From Octopus vulgaris (Eukaryota), in the NCBI GenBank assembly GCA_951406725.2, contig OX597833.1:45260001-45324000 (forward strand): a DNA stretch of 64,000 nt, read 5' to 3'. Below the pieces are notes generated by a model that worked only from the letters and a program-made list of their open reading frames with translations, did not search any database and was not told where the DNA came from. The number at the start of each line of letters is the position of its first letter. Within the stretch, counting starts at the first letter, position 1. Below, piece after piece: positions 50,200 to 64,000 of the stretch. Made by a program: the position numbers and the translations under genes.

Positions 50200-50800
50200 A
50201 TTGCTACCACCACCACCACCACTACTAACAACAACAACACTACCACTACCACCATGACCACCACCCACCACCCACCACAACCACCACCACTACCACCCAT
50301 CAATCAGCTATTAAGAACACAAGGGACCACCACCACCACCCACCACCACCATCACCACCATCACCACCACCACCACCACCACCACCAGCAACCACACCAC
50401 CACCAACACCACCAACACACCACCACTACCACCCATCACTCGGTTATTAAGAACACAAGGGACCACCACCACCCACCACCCACCACCACCATCACCACCA
50501 CCCACCACCACCATCACCACCACCAACCACCACCAACAGCAACACCACCACCAACACCAACCACCACCACCACCAACACCAACACCACCACCACCACCAC
50601 CACCACCACCACCACCACCACCACCACCATCACCACCACCAACAGCAACACCACCACCACTACCACCACCACCACCACCACCACCACCACCACCACCACC
50701 CACCACCACCACCACCACCACCACCACCACCATCACCACCACCAACAGCAACACCACCACCACCACCACCACCCATCACTCAGCTATTAAGAACACAAGG
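50200..50800. repeat. (CAC)n tract with three copies of a ~29-bp motif
   Basis: CCCATCA(A/C)TC(A/G)G(C/T)TATTAAGAACACAAGG at 50296, 50432 and 50772. Confidence 0.85.
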
Positions 50801-52395
50801 AACTTATATTTCACAGTGCGTTTAATTTGAAACAGTGTATCGTTTCTAAACAATAACAAACATGTGTGTTTATGTAAAGGGTCCTTTATCATCCTTTTTT
50901 TTTATTTTTTGGTTCACTTGGGTTGGTTGTCGTCTTCTTTTTCTTGCAAAGGTGGGGAGCATCATTTATATTTGGATGTGGGTTTCTTTTACTGGAGTTT
51001 GTTTTCTTTGGAATGGGTTGCCCTTTGTGAGCAGGTTGCTTTTGTTTATTTTTCACACTTTTTTTTTGTGTTAATTGTTATTTGGTAGCAGAGGTAGGGC
51101 AGTTATTTCAGGGGTTGTTATTGTTGTTTAGTCTTGGGTTAGCTGTAATTAAATGGTTCTATGATCAAAGACATTCTAGCCATGGCTGTCTCATAAATTT
51201 CCTTCGTGCGCAAAAAAACCAGGGCAGGAGCATGTGGCCTAGTAGTTAGGGTGTTGCTCTTGTGATTGTACGATGGTGATTTCAATTCCCAAACCAGATG
51301 GTCTGTTTTGTTCCTGAGCAAAACCCTTCATTTCATGTTGATCCAGTCCATTCAGCTGTAACTGAGTTCTAGTAACAGCTGCTGGGAAGGTACCCTGTGA
51401 TGGACTGGTGTCTTGTTCAGTGGTGAGGGAATGTAATCTACGAATGAAGACATTCTAACAATCACTGTTCCATCATTTCCCCTCGTGCACAAGAACTAGG
51501 GCAAGGGCACATTGCCTAGTTATTTGTGAGTTCCAGCAACAGTTGGGAAGTTAACCCTGTGATGGACTGGTGTCCTGTGAAGTGGCTGGGAGTGCTGTAA
51601 TTTCAGCTTACAGTCCCGTTTTAAGGGTATGTCTGTAATTATTCTATCTAATGTGACCTTCCCTTATTTTAAGACTATAGTTGAGATTTGAAATAGAAAC
51701 TGAAAGAAAGATTTGGCTGTTATTTCTAACAACCAGAATAACCATATTTAGGCTCATGATGGACCTAAAAGAAATTAGGACCACATTATCCAATGTTACT
51801 ATTCCTAAAATAGTGATATGAATTGATGAAAATTTGGGTATTATTCCTAGCTGTTTGTGTGGAGGCTAGTTGTTTTCAGTGGCGGCTTGCTTTTAGTAGA
51901 TGATGGTTTTTTGTGGTGGAGGTTGATTTTAAGGTTGGGTTGTTTATTGTGAGGTTGTTGCTTTTTTTTGCATGGAAGTTTTTTTTTATTGGAGGTTTGT
52001 TTTTCAGTAGAGGTTGTTTTTAGTGGAGATTGGTTGTTGATGGAGGTTGGGTTTTGGATTCAATTGTTTGTTATGTGGCTCTCAGTTTTTTTTGTTTTTT
52101 GCCTGGAGGTTCGTTTTTCCAGTAGATGTTGTTTTTAGTGGAGGTTGGTTCTTGGTGGATAATAGACGCAGGAGTGGCTGTGGGGTAAGTAGCTTGCTTA
52201 CCAACCACATGGTTCTGGGTTCAGTCCCACTGCATGGCACCTTGGGCAAGTGTGTTCTACTATAGCCTTGGGCTGACGAAAGCCTTGTGAATGGATTTGG
52301 TAGACAGAAACTGAAAGAAGCCCGTTGTACATATATATATATCATCATCATCATCGTTTAACGTCCGTTTTCCATGCTAGCATGGGTTATATATG

Positions 52396-52465
<70 letters not shown>

Positions 52466-52467
52466 AA

Positions 52468-52502
<35 letters not shown>

Positions 52503-52523
52503 TATTATAAAAGGCAGATTTTA

Positions 52524-53190
52524 TCTGCCTCCCTTTGGGAGTTATACAAATCTACAATATAGGATTTCTTCAATTACAATTTACCTAGCAGTTTTAAGAG
52601 TACAATGCATCGCGTCATGCCAGGTCCAGTTTTTAAAATTTAAACTCCAATTAAGCAAAATTTACAGAAAACTCACATTCTGGTGTGTGTGTCAAATGCT
52701 TTTCTTAGTCTGGTTTACACCACACGCAAACGCACACACACAGTGGGCAACGAATAAAATGAAAGTAAATAGCGACAGAGTGATTTGAGGAAGACTAAAG
52801 TGAAAGTATTCTGTCTATGACGCTGATAGATACATGAGTAAAATGTATGGGAAGCTAAGAGCTAAGAGTGAGTGAAAATGTTCTTGGAAGAGAGTAATTA
52901 GTAATAAAGTAAACATACACTCATATATACATACATACATACATACATACATACACACACACACATACACACACACATACATACACACACACATACATAC
53001 ATACACACATACATACATACATACATATACGTACATACATACATATACATACATACATACACACACACACATACACACACACACAGTATTGAAGCTTGAG
53101 AACAATCAGATACATTTGCAACACATCTGTTGAAAATATTATTGTTCACACACATACATATACATATATACATAGACAGACAGACAGATA

Positions 53191-53232
<42 letters not shown>

Positions 53233-54587
53233 ATCCAGCATGGCCACAACCTCAAGGCTGAAACATATAAAAGAATAACAGAATATAAATGTGTGCAAAG
53301 TACAAGAAATATTAATGCAGTATATGGGGATTGGACAATAAGCGTAAGGCAGTGTCAATGGTGGTTCTGCCTCCCTTTGTCAGTTATAGAAATCTACAAT
53401 ATAGGATTTCTTCCATTACAATTTACCTAGCATTTTTAAGAGTAGAATGCATCGGGTCATGCCAGGTCCAGTTTTTAAAATTTAAACTCCAATTAAGCAA
53501 AATTTACAGAAAACTCACATTCTGGTGTGTATGTCAAATGCTTTTCTTAGTCTGGTTTACAGCACACGCAAACGCACACACACAGTGTGCAACGAATAAA
53601 GTGAAAGTAATTCAGTGTGTTGACAGGTAGACAATAGAATGCGATGACTATGGCGATGTAATATTTGTTTCTGTCTATGACGCTGATAGATACATGAGTA
53701 AAATGTATGGGAAGCTAAGACATAAGAGTGAGTGAAAATGTTCTTGGAAGAGAGTAAATAGCGAGAGAGAGTGATTTGAGGAAGACTTTACATTAAATAA
53801 CCGTAGTGGCTTGTGTTAGTAATAAAGTAAACATACACTCATACATACATACATACATACATACATACATACATACATACATACATACATACACACACAC
53901 ATACACACACTTACATACATACACACACACATACATACATACACACATACATACATACATATACATACATACATATACATACATACATACACACACACAC
54001 ACATACACACACACACAGTATTGAAGCTTGAGAACAATCAGATACATTTGCAACACATCTGTTGAAAATATTATTGTTCACACACATACATATACATATA
54101 TACATACAGACAGACAGACAGATAGACACACACACACACACACACATGATCCAGCATGGCCACAACCTCAAGGCTGAAACATATAAAAGAATAACAGAAT
54201 ATAAATGTGTGCATGTGTGTGAGAGAGAGAGTGTGTGTGTATATGTATGTATGTATGTATGTATCTATATATATATAATAATGCGGTTTTTTCAACAGCT
54301 TGAACTAAAAGTCAGAGGGGAATGGGATAAACTACTTATATTAACTTGCTATAAAAGCAGGTAGTAATTTTATCTTGTCCTTATTCATAGTGCAAGTTTT
54401 GAAGAGTGCATTTCGATTTTAACAGCTATTTTTTTCAAAGCTATGTTGGAAGTAACAAAGGAGCATATTTGGCATATTTTGCTTTATGAGTTCAATAAAG
54501 ACAACAACGCAACGGAAAGTACAAGAAATATTAATGCAGTATATGGGGATTGGACAATAAGCGTAAGGCAGTGTCAATGGTGGTTCC
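52524..54587 (+). repeat. Local tandem duplication (52524-53367 vs 53366-54587) starting in a Helitron-like 5' fragment
   Basis: Colinear near-identity; the first copy jumps to the mariner piece that matches about 54516-54587. Confidence 0.8.
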
Positions 54588-54866
54588 AGAAATTCTGAGC
54601 CATAAACTACAGCCTAGAAGATGAGCCTCATCCTGAAAGATCTGTAGAACTCGACAAGGACATCCTGAAAACCCTGGTGGAACAAAATCTCATCGTAACT
54701 GTTGAGGAACTAGCAGAGAAGCTTGGATTTGGTCATTCAACCATTCATTGAGACCTGTGTGCTATCGGAAAAGTCAGCAAATTGGGTCAATGGGTTCCTC
54801 ACGAACTTTCCGAGTCTAATTGCATGCAGAGAGTGAATGTATGCTTTTCTTTGCTGTCACATCTCA
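54443..54866 (+). pseudogene. mariner transposase N-terminal half (stops, truncated)
   Basis: MLEVTKEHIWHILLYEF...QCQWWFQKF*...LEDEP...GKVSKLGQWVPHEL; WVPHEL is the mariner signature. Confidence 0.9.
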
Positions 54867-54886
54867 CCACTACTGCGCTATGTATA

Positions 54887-55522
54887 TCTATATATATAAA
54901 ACTGTAGTTGTGTGAGTGTCTGTCCCCTTCGATTTAGATTCCTAACTACTCCCACATTTTGCGGTGCAGTTTAACCAAATTCGGGTAGCTTATAGTCGTG
55001 ATTCATATCGAGCCCGTCTGAGTATTAGCGCGCGTCTACGATGAGTCTACGATTTTAAAAATAATTTAACATAATTTTTTATTCCATTTTAATGCATAAT
55101 TTTTCGTGTGTCAATGGCGGCGGAGTTGGCGTCCACGCTCACACCTGCACCTGTGGGGAAGGGAGTGTAAGGAAATCAACGTCGTAATGCGTTGTCAAGG
55201 AGACCAGCGTTCTTTTAGAACAACGACTTCATGGCTTGAAGACACCAAAACAGAAATGGCTAAGAAAGTGTCTACATGAGTCTACGATTTAAAAAAAATT
55301 TACCATCGTTTTTTTTTCCATTTTAATGCATTTTTTCGCTATTATATAAGGGAAGTAACTCTCTAAAAATGTCTACGATGAGTCAACGATTTAAAAAAAA
55401 TTTACCATCATATTTTTTCCATTTTTAATGCATTTTTTGCTATTTTTTGGCTATAACTCTCTAAAAATGCTTATATAGTTATTTCCCTTACAAACCCGAG
55501 CAACGCCGGGCGATACTGCTAG
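54887..55522 (+). mobile_element. Non-autonomous Helitron (636 bp)
   Basis: A|TC 5' end, 3' hairpin CCCGAGCAACGCCGGG then CTAG|T; internal ~100-bp subrepeats. Confidence 0.82.
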
Positions 55523-55759
55523 TATATATATATATACAAAATCAGAAAATGGAGAAATACATCTAAATCATTAATCAACTACCAGATAATACCCAATCAC
55601 ATACTTTATTGAACCACTACATAAGAACATTAAGGTTAAACATAAAAATATATAACAAAACAGCGTACATGAATGAGTAATACAATACTATAGGTACAAT
55701 CATTATAAGAGGATATAAATAAATAAATATAAATAGATATAAATATAAATATACACTAT

Positions 55760-55886
55760 ATCTTACAGCTGTTTCGGCCATGCAGATAAATATATCTCAT
55801 TTTAACAATATTAGCCATGTATAGTATGTCAATATGAAGTTAAAAATGAGACATTTACAAAGATATCTTAAGGCTTCTTCGGAGAT
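55760..55886 (-). ncRNA. Hammerhead-like motif (CCGAAGA variant)
   Basis: AUCU-CCGAAGA-AGCC...GGCC-GAAAC-AGCU-GUA|AGAU. Confidence 0.5.
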
Positions 55887-56957
55887 TCTAAAGTATAAAC
55901 CAAATTACATATATACTCATATAAGTGTGGGTACATACCCATAATAAATCATTTACATATATATATGAGTGCATATACTCATACTCTTATACATACACAT
56001 ATACATATACATAATAATACAAATAATATAAATCAATAAAATATATATATGTTCCATATTCAATGATTTTCAACTTAATATTAAAATATTACAACGTAGA
56101 GAGCATATATATATATATGTGTGTGTGTGTGTATATGTTTGTGTGTCTGTGTTTGTCCCCCCAACATCACTTGATAACCGATGCTGGTGTGTTTACGTCC
56201 CCGTAACTTAGGGGTTCAGCAAGAGAGACTGATAGAATAAGTACTAAGCTTACAAAGAATAAGTCCTGGGATCGATTTGTTCGACTAAAGGCAGTGCTCC
56301 AGCATGGCTGCAGTCAAATGACTGAAACAAATAAAAGAATAAAAGAAAAAGAAAGAATATTTTTTGGATTGGGTTGTTCATTGTCTTATTGCATGGAGGT
56401 TCGTTTTTTATAGGAGGTTGTTTTTAGTGGGGGGTTGGTTTTTGGTGGACAATGGTTTCTGGTTCGGATTATTTAGTGTGCGACTTTTTTTGTGTGGAGG
56501 TTGGTTTTTAGTTGAAGTTGTTTTTAGTGGAGGCTGGCTTTTTGGTGGATATTATGTGGTGTGGAAAGGTGTGTCCTATAGTAGTGTGGGAAGTGGTGCG
56601 ATGTTGTGGGAAGTGGTATGATATGATGTAAGTTTGTGTGGAGCAGTGTGTTCTGTAGCATGGTGTGGAGTGATGCAGAGTAGTGCGCAGTGGTGCAGCC
56701 CTACATGGAGTGGTATAGAGTGGTGCACAGTGGAGCAGTACAGTGTTAAGTGTTGCAGAGTGGTGTAGAGTAGTGTGTTCTGTAGTGTGTTGTGGAGTGG
56801 TATGCTGTTGTTTAGCTCCAGCCCGACCCTAATTGTGCAGATCAATGATTAAAGGTCTTCAAGCCACCATCTTCTCTTCGTTTTAGGGGCAGGTCTGTAA
56901 CTATTTCATCCAATGTGACCTTCCCTTATTTTAAGATTGTAGTTGTACTTTGAAACA

Positions 56958-57011
<54 letters not shown>

Positions 57012-57100
57012 TTTGACTGTTATTTCTTGCAGACTGAATAACCATGTAGAGGCTCTCCTGCTAACTCATTTGGTACGATGGGTAGGGTAAGAATGTGTGC

Positions 57101-57147
<47 letters not shown>

Positions 57148-57275
57148 GTGTCCTGTTGTCTCTTGTACATGAGGAGTTGCAGTGTCATGAAAGTGTTCCA
57201 TTATAAAAGGTCAAGTTTTGAATGGGAATGAAATTCACATGAGAGTTATTATGAATATTTTCTTCAATTCATTCT

Positions 57276-57312
<37 letters not shown>

Positions 57313-57599
57313 ATACATACATACATACATACATACATACATACATACATACATACAATTATGGCTTCTACTATAATTAGTTACCAATTAGAGGATTCTG
57401 TCTCCTCCCTCTCTTGCCCCTACCCTAGCCTCATCATCCTCCTTTCCGCCACCTCCTGCAGAACCCCTGCTGCTCATGTTTTTGTTTCTTCAGGACTTTA
57501 AAAGAAGATTTAACAAAAGGGATATTGAAACACTTTTTTTGTCTTTGTTGTGGATGTGTGTCTGTATGAGTAGTAGTTTGTGTCTGTCTGATTATTGTC

Positions 57600-58180
<581 letters not shown>

Positions 58181-58911
58181 AATGTCTGTGTTATCTTTGT
58201 GTGGCTGGCTGGTTGTCTGGATGGCTGGTTGTCTGGATGGCTGGTTGTCTGGCTGGCAGTATTACTTTGTATGTAAAGCCTTGACTACAAAAGTTTAATA
58301 ATGGTACTCAATGGTACCTATTCTCTGTTGACTTCAAACCACCACCACCACCGCCACCGCCGCCACCACCACCAAAACCACCACCTACACCACCACCACC
58401 ACCATCTACACATCCAGCCTCATACACAAGGTTAATAATATATAACCATTTATGTTGTCACAGTAAAAAATGACATGACAAAAAGCTTCTGAGACACAGT
58501 AGTGATGTGTTGTTTACAAAGATTAGAAAGTAAAACACTCACGACTTGGTTTCAGATCAAAGTGAAAGAAGATTAATAAGTTGTATTTCAAGTTATGGTA
58601 ATTATAATTTTTCTAGATTTCTACTTCTTTTCACAACATGAGCCAACAAAGGAACTTTGAGGTGAACTCTCAATTTTGGGTTTCATTTTGTTTTACTCTT
58701 TACTCTTTACTCTTTTACTTGTTTCAGTCATTTGACTGTGGCCATGCTGGAGTACTGCCTTTAATCGAGCAACTCGACCCCGGGACTTATTCTTTTGTAA
58801 GCCCAGTACTTATTCTATCGGTCTCTTTTGCCGAACCGCTAAGTAACGGGGTCATAAACACACCAGTATTGGTTGTCAAGCAATGCTAGGGGGACAAACA
58901 CAGACGCACAA

Positions 58912-58981
<70 letters not shown>

Positions 58982-59155
58982 GACGGGCTTCTTTCAGTTT
59001 CCGTCTACCAAATCCACTCACAAGGCTTTGGTCGGCCCGAGGCTATAGTAGAACACACTTGCCCAAGGTGCCACACAGTGGGAATGAACCCGGAAGCATG
59101 TGGTTGGTAAACAAGCTACTTACCACACAGCCACTCCTAGTGGGACTGAACCCAG

Positions 59156-59186
<31 letters not shown>

Positions 59187-60708
59187 GTTTAACGTCCGTT
59201 TTCCGTTCTCTTATTTGATTCAGTCATTTGACTGCAGCCATGCTGGAGCACTGCCTTGAAGGGTTTTAGTTAAAAAAATCAGCCCAGAGCTTATTATTCA
59301 TAAGCCTAGTACTTATTTTATTGGAGTCTTTTACTGAACTGCTAAGTTACAGGAACATAAACGCACCAGCTTTTATTGTCAAGTGATGGCAGGCGGAAAA
59401 ACACAGACAGACAGACAGATACACACTCTCATACACACACACACACACACACACATGCACACAAATATATACATATATACATATACATATATACAATGGG
59501 CTTCTTTCAGTTTCTGTCTACCAAATCTATTCACAAGGCTTTGGTTATCCTGAGACTATAGTAGAAACAGTTGCCCAAGGTGCCATGCAGTGGGACTGAA
59601 CCCTGGAACCATGTGGTTGGGAAGCAAGTTTCTTACCACATATCCATGCCTGCTTAACCATATTTCTGTTAAGATACAATATCTTTGTTTCAATTAATTT
59701 TGAAATTTATGAGAAAATTAGTAAAATAACTTTGTAATTATTAATCTGGTGTTTGTAACATAAATTAGCCTGAAATTTTGATGGAAAGGTTTTAAATTTA
59801 AATTGCTTTAAAACATGAAGTTTTTATTATAGAACGAACGGTGGTTTCAGACAGGTTGGCATCAAAGGGGTTAAGCTGTTTCAAGTAAACACTCTTGCAG
59901 GGAAGAGAAAGACATGATCATGGAGGGAGATGCAGAGGGATGATATTCTGGGGAGAAAAGACCTGATGTAGTGGTTTACGTTGGGCCTGGTAGTGGGTGG
60001 GTGGGTGGATGGATGGATGGGGGAGTAGACAGAATATGAGTGATGTGAGAGTGAGAGAAGTGAGTCAGATGTGCCTAAATGGAGGTGGTGACTCAGGAGC
60101 TGATGGCTATAAGGAGCAGAGGCCATTACTGTTGCAGTAGAAAAGGCAGAGATTATACGACCTCTTTAACCCTTTAGTGTTCAGATTATTCTATCAAACA
60201 TAATACCTATTGATTCCCATTGATTTGAATCAATCATGCATTATCTCATATCTTCAAGATCTTGATGGTGCAATTACTTAATGTAGAATAACATTGTTGG
60301 GTTGGTGTGAGGGCCTGGATCTGGTCAGTTTGAACATAAAACAGATTAAATATTTTGGCCGGATATGGCCGGTCTAAATACTAAAGGGTTAAAGTGGTCA
60401 AGACTCAATTTAATTAGTGTAGATACTAATGCCAGAGTTTAAATTTCGATCACTAGATTTATACATCTTCGTTTAGGTGTTTATTTTTATTTATGATGAA
60501 AGTATGCTGTCTCTATGTATATATATCTCAACATCCAATTCCTTCATTCTTTATTGAGTGAAATAACGGTATGGACGATTTGTTTTGGAGTCTCGCAATG
60601 CCATATACGCCTATGAGGATTTACTTTCCCAATGAAACTCGGTTTTTTCCCAAACTTTTTCTCAAACCTGCTATAATGTGATACATGTCTTTGGTGTGGT
60701 AATTGTAC

Positions 60709-60795
60709 GTGGCTGAATAAGGCTTTTGATCTATCTGTTATATTAATTATGCATTGATATAAGTTGTTTAATAAAGCCCGAAACATATGTACTGC
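60709..60795 (+). ncRNA. Degenerate hammerhead-like motif (CUGAAUA)
   Basis: GUGG-CUGAAUA-AGGCUUU...AAAGCCC-GAAAC-AUAU-GUA|CUGC. Confidence 0.45.
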
Positions 60796-61361
60796 AAAAT
60801 CCTTTGCATCCTGTTTTTCTTTTGATACACGTATATATATATATATATATATATTCTAGCATTCTACTGTGCTATGAATATTGTTTCCATCATCGATCAT
60901 CAGTCTTTTGAGTGTGTGTTATCTCCAGTGAGAAGTCTATTGTATTGCTATTTAGTATTAGTTTTCACAACTCGTCGGAAGTGAGTCACTTCCAGTTTGT
61001 ATCTGGGATCGAGGTTGTTTTGTCTTCAGAAAAAGGGGTGGGATCCCTTTTGTGGTCCGTCTGTATCTCAGAAGACCTGCTGTCATCACCGAACGTTCTT
61101 CTTTGGTTATTTCATGTTTCTGCAAATGTGGCTTTGTTTCAATGTAACCAATTATCTGCTGCTTCTAGAACAATGAACTGACAAAGTTTTTTTCTACTGT
61201 TGTTGCTTCATGTAGATTTCTAGGCAAGCTTAATTGTTCGGCCATGCTTAGTCATTTGGCCAAAACACCAACGCCAGTTGGTGTAAATACCAACACCAAA
61301 ACACTGACACTGGGGTGTTAACACACCAACACTAGTTGTCAAGCTGTAGTGGTGGACAAAC

Positions 61362-61410
<49 letters not shown>

Positions 61411-62082
61411 CAATGGGCTTCTTTCAGTTTCTGTCTACCTAATCCATTCACAAGGCTTTGGTCGGCCCAAGGCAATAGTAGAAGATAACTGCCCAAAGTG
61501 CCATGAATTGGGATTGAACCTAGAACCATATGGTTAGGAAGCAAGCTTCTTACCACACAGCCAGGCCTGGAAAATATTATTAGACAATACATAACATATC
61601 CATACTGTTGCTGCTTCGTGTAGAAATCTTGGCAAGTGGGGTCACAATCACCACTGTGATAACAAAGACAAGCAATGGTTTAAATTTTTTGGAGCCATTT
61701 ATATATATATACATACACATATATACACTCTCATATATGTGTGTGTGTCTCCCAATCACCACTTAACAACTGGTGTTGGCATATTTATGTCCCCGTAACT
61801 TAGTGGTTCGGCAAAAGAGACCAACGGAATAAGTACTAGGCTTTAAAGACTAAATTCCTGGGGGTCAATTTGTTCGACTGAAAACTTTTTAAGGTGGTGC
61901 TCCAGCATGGCCGCAGTCAAATGACTGAAACAGGTAAAAGGATAAAGGACTAAAAGAATATTCTTGGAGTGAGGCATCTCTGTTCCTTTTTGTAACATGG
62001 GAATGGTAAGGTTGATGAGTTAGGCCTGGTCATTTTCACAAGGATTGAAGAATAAACTCAAACACTATTTGTCATGTTGCAG

Positions 62083-62169
62083 GATTTACAAGACAGGAAG
62101 CCTGTTGACCAGCTCTCATCAACGACTGCTCAAGAAGCCTTTTTGAAAGAACTGTCCGCACTAAGAAAG
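62083..62169 (+). CDS. CCDC66: CCDC66-like exon 14: DLQDRKPVDQLSSTTAQEAFLKELSALRK
   Basis: atgttgcag|GAT...AAG|gtaaat; resembles the CCDC66 C-terminal Q.AILK.LS.LR motif; the final exon lies beyond the window. Confidence 0.8.
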
Positions 62170-63171
62170 GTAAATAAAAATATTTCTCTTTGTATATTTA
62201 ATTGTAGATAAACTGTATTGTCTATGTTTTCATGAAAATTAGCTTGTATATCACTTATTTGTTAAATGTAAATAAATATATAGACCTACATGGAAACAAT
62301 GAATGCCCATACAGAAAAAAAACCCACCAGTGGTAAAATCCCTATTTAGAAAAGCATTTAGATTCTCCGACCACAAACGAAGCAATGAATAAAGAAATAA
62401 AACAAACACTAGTCACTGACTATTATAATTAACTAAAAGAAACCTTTGATATTCAAACTGACCATATCAGGCCCAAATATCCTACCTGTTTTATGTTCAA
62501 ACTGGCCAGATTAGGCCTCTCACACCTACCTTGCAATGTCATTCTAAAAATATACAAACACATTACTGAAATCACAAAGCTACAAAAGCTTAGCTATGTT
62601 TTATAAATTTGAAACAATGTGAATAGCTATGTATGATAAGTTCAAAAGAATGTGAATAAATAAGTATTGGATTTGACAAAGCAATCTGAATGCTAAAGAA
62701 TTAAACCTATTTTCTAACTTTTTTTATTACGCCATTTTTATTCTTTAATAGTCTTTGAAGATCCATATTTTGAACATCAGAGATTCACAATCCATAAAAA
62801 TTTATTTTTAATTAGTATTTTTTTTTTGTTTTAAATTAAAGTTTATAAAAATAACAGCTACTCTTTTCTTCTTTGCCTAAAATATATTTTGTATTGGGTT
62901 TGAAGTATATAAATATAAATAGTTTGCATTTCAAGTGTCTAAATATATTTTGTTTTGTATTTGATGCATATAAATATATTTTGTTTGCTATCATAATTAC
63001 GTTTTTGTCCTTAATAAATTCAAACAATAGGATTTTAGTTGTGAAAGTTAAACAGTACATTGCTAATGCTTTCATATATTGGACACAAAATTTTTTATTA
63101 TTTTGGAAACTAACATTGTTAAGCTATTGTAAGATACTTGTGTTTTCTGTCCAGGATTGAGATTATTGCTT

Positions 63172-63432
63172 TATATGTGTGTGTGTGTGTGTGTGTGTAT
63201 ACATATACATATATATATAATTATATAATATATATGTATATATAAATATATGTATATATATATATATGTGTATATATATATATACATGTATACATGTATA
63301 TATATATACATATATATATATATACATGTGTATATATATGTATATATATATGTGTGTGTGTATATATATATATATTTACATGTATATATATATGTACATG
63401 TATATGTGTATATATATGTGTGTGTGTGTGTG

Positions 63433-63495
<63 letters not shown>
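63172..63495. repeat. (TA)n/(TG)n microsatellite
   Basis: Direct reading. Confidence 0.95.
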
Positions 63496-63499
<4 letters not shown>

Positions 63500-64000
63500 T
63501 TACATAAATAATTTAACATTAAATTAACGCATTACTCAGTACTCCTTGTAGAGTACATATTCATTACTCTTTTATAAGAAAAGTGTTGACAGTGACTTTG
63601 AAGTGTGTGTGTGTTAGTGTGTATGTGTGTGTGTGTGTATATATATATGTATTTATTGTTCTAAAATGACAATTTAGACTTGTGGTGGGGAACAGATTTG
63701 GAATATCCAATGTTTGAAATGTAATAATCTGAAAGGCTTATTATTTATCTTCCTTCATAAATCATTATGCATCAAATAAGCAAATAAATAAATGAATAAA
63801 TAAATAAAATTCAGAGATGGGTCACGTTTAAAAAGTTCCGCACTCAATTGATATAAGGGCTGTAATCTGGCACTAGGAAAACTATAAATTCATGGCGTGA
63901 TATAAAATAAAATGGTGTGGAATTACTGAAACATTATACAACCCCAGTGTGGCTTTGCTACACAGTCAGTTCAAAATTATTCTTCGTCTAAGTATGGTTG

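Noticed and set aside
50296-50800. CRISPR-like repeat-spacer pattern
   Set aside because: Spacers are (CAC)n microsatellite of very unequal length

Overview
AT-rich, microsatellite-dense animal genomic DNA. The repeat landscape looks coleoid cephalopod, probably Octopus (inference). The only host gene I can support is a + strand CCDC66-like centriolar-satellite/cilia gene. I read 14 GT-AG, phase-compatible coding exons by eye between 368 and 62169 (2602 nt, about 867 codons). Its start and stop lie outside the window, and exons 9 and 10 are a tandem duplicated pair. The introns are packed with several tRNA-derived SINE families, RTE, CR1 and R4/Dong LINE fragments, mariner/Tc1 relics, MITEs, a non-autonomous Helitron, and mini- and microsatellites. 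Almost all ORFs in the supplied track are repeat artefacts. The most striking unexplained signal is a set of 12 minimal type-I hammerhead-ribozyme-like motifs (CUGANGA, stem II, GAAA, mostly palindromic stem III, NUH, stem I) from at least 6 distinct sequence families. They sit in short non-coding elements that are mostly next to (TA)n and show direct or inverted terminal-repeat architecture, as in Penelope-like/retrozyme-like non-autonomous elements. Also notable are head-to-tail SINE multimers under a single TSD (possible self-targeting), a 54-bp minisatellite derived from a SINE core, and SINEs whose internal microsatellite acts as a landing pad for nested insertions. All calls are by eye; no searches or folding programs were run.
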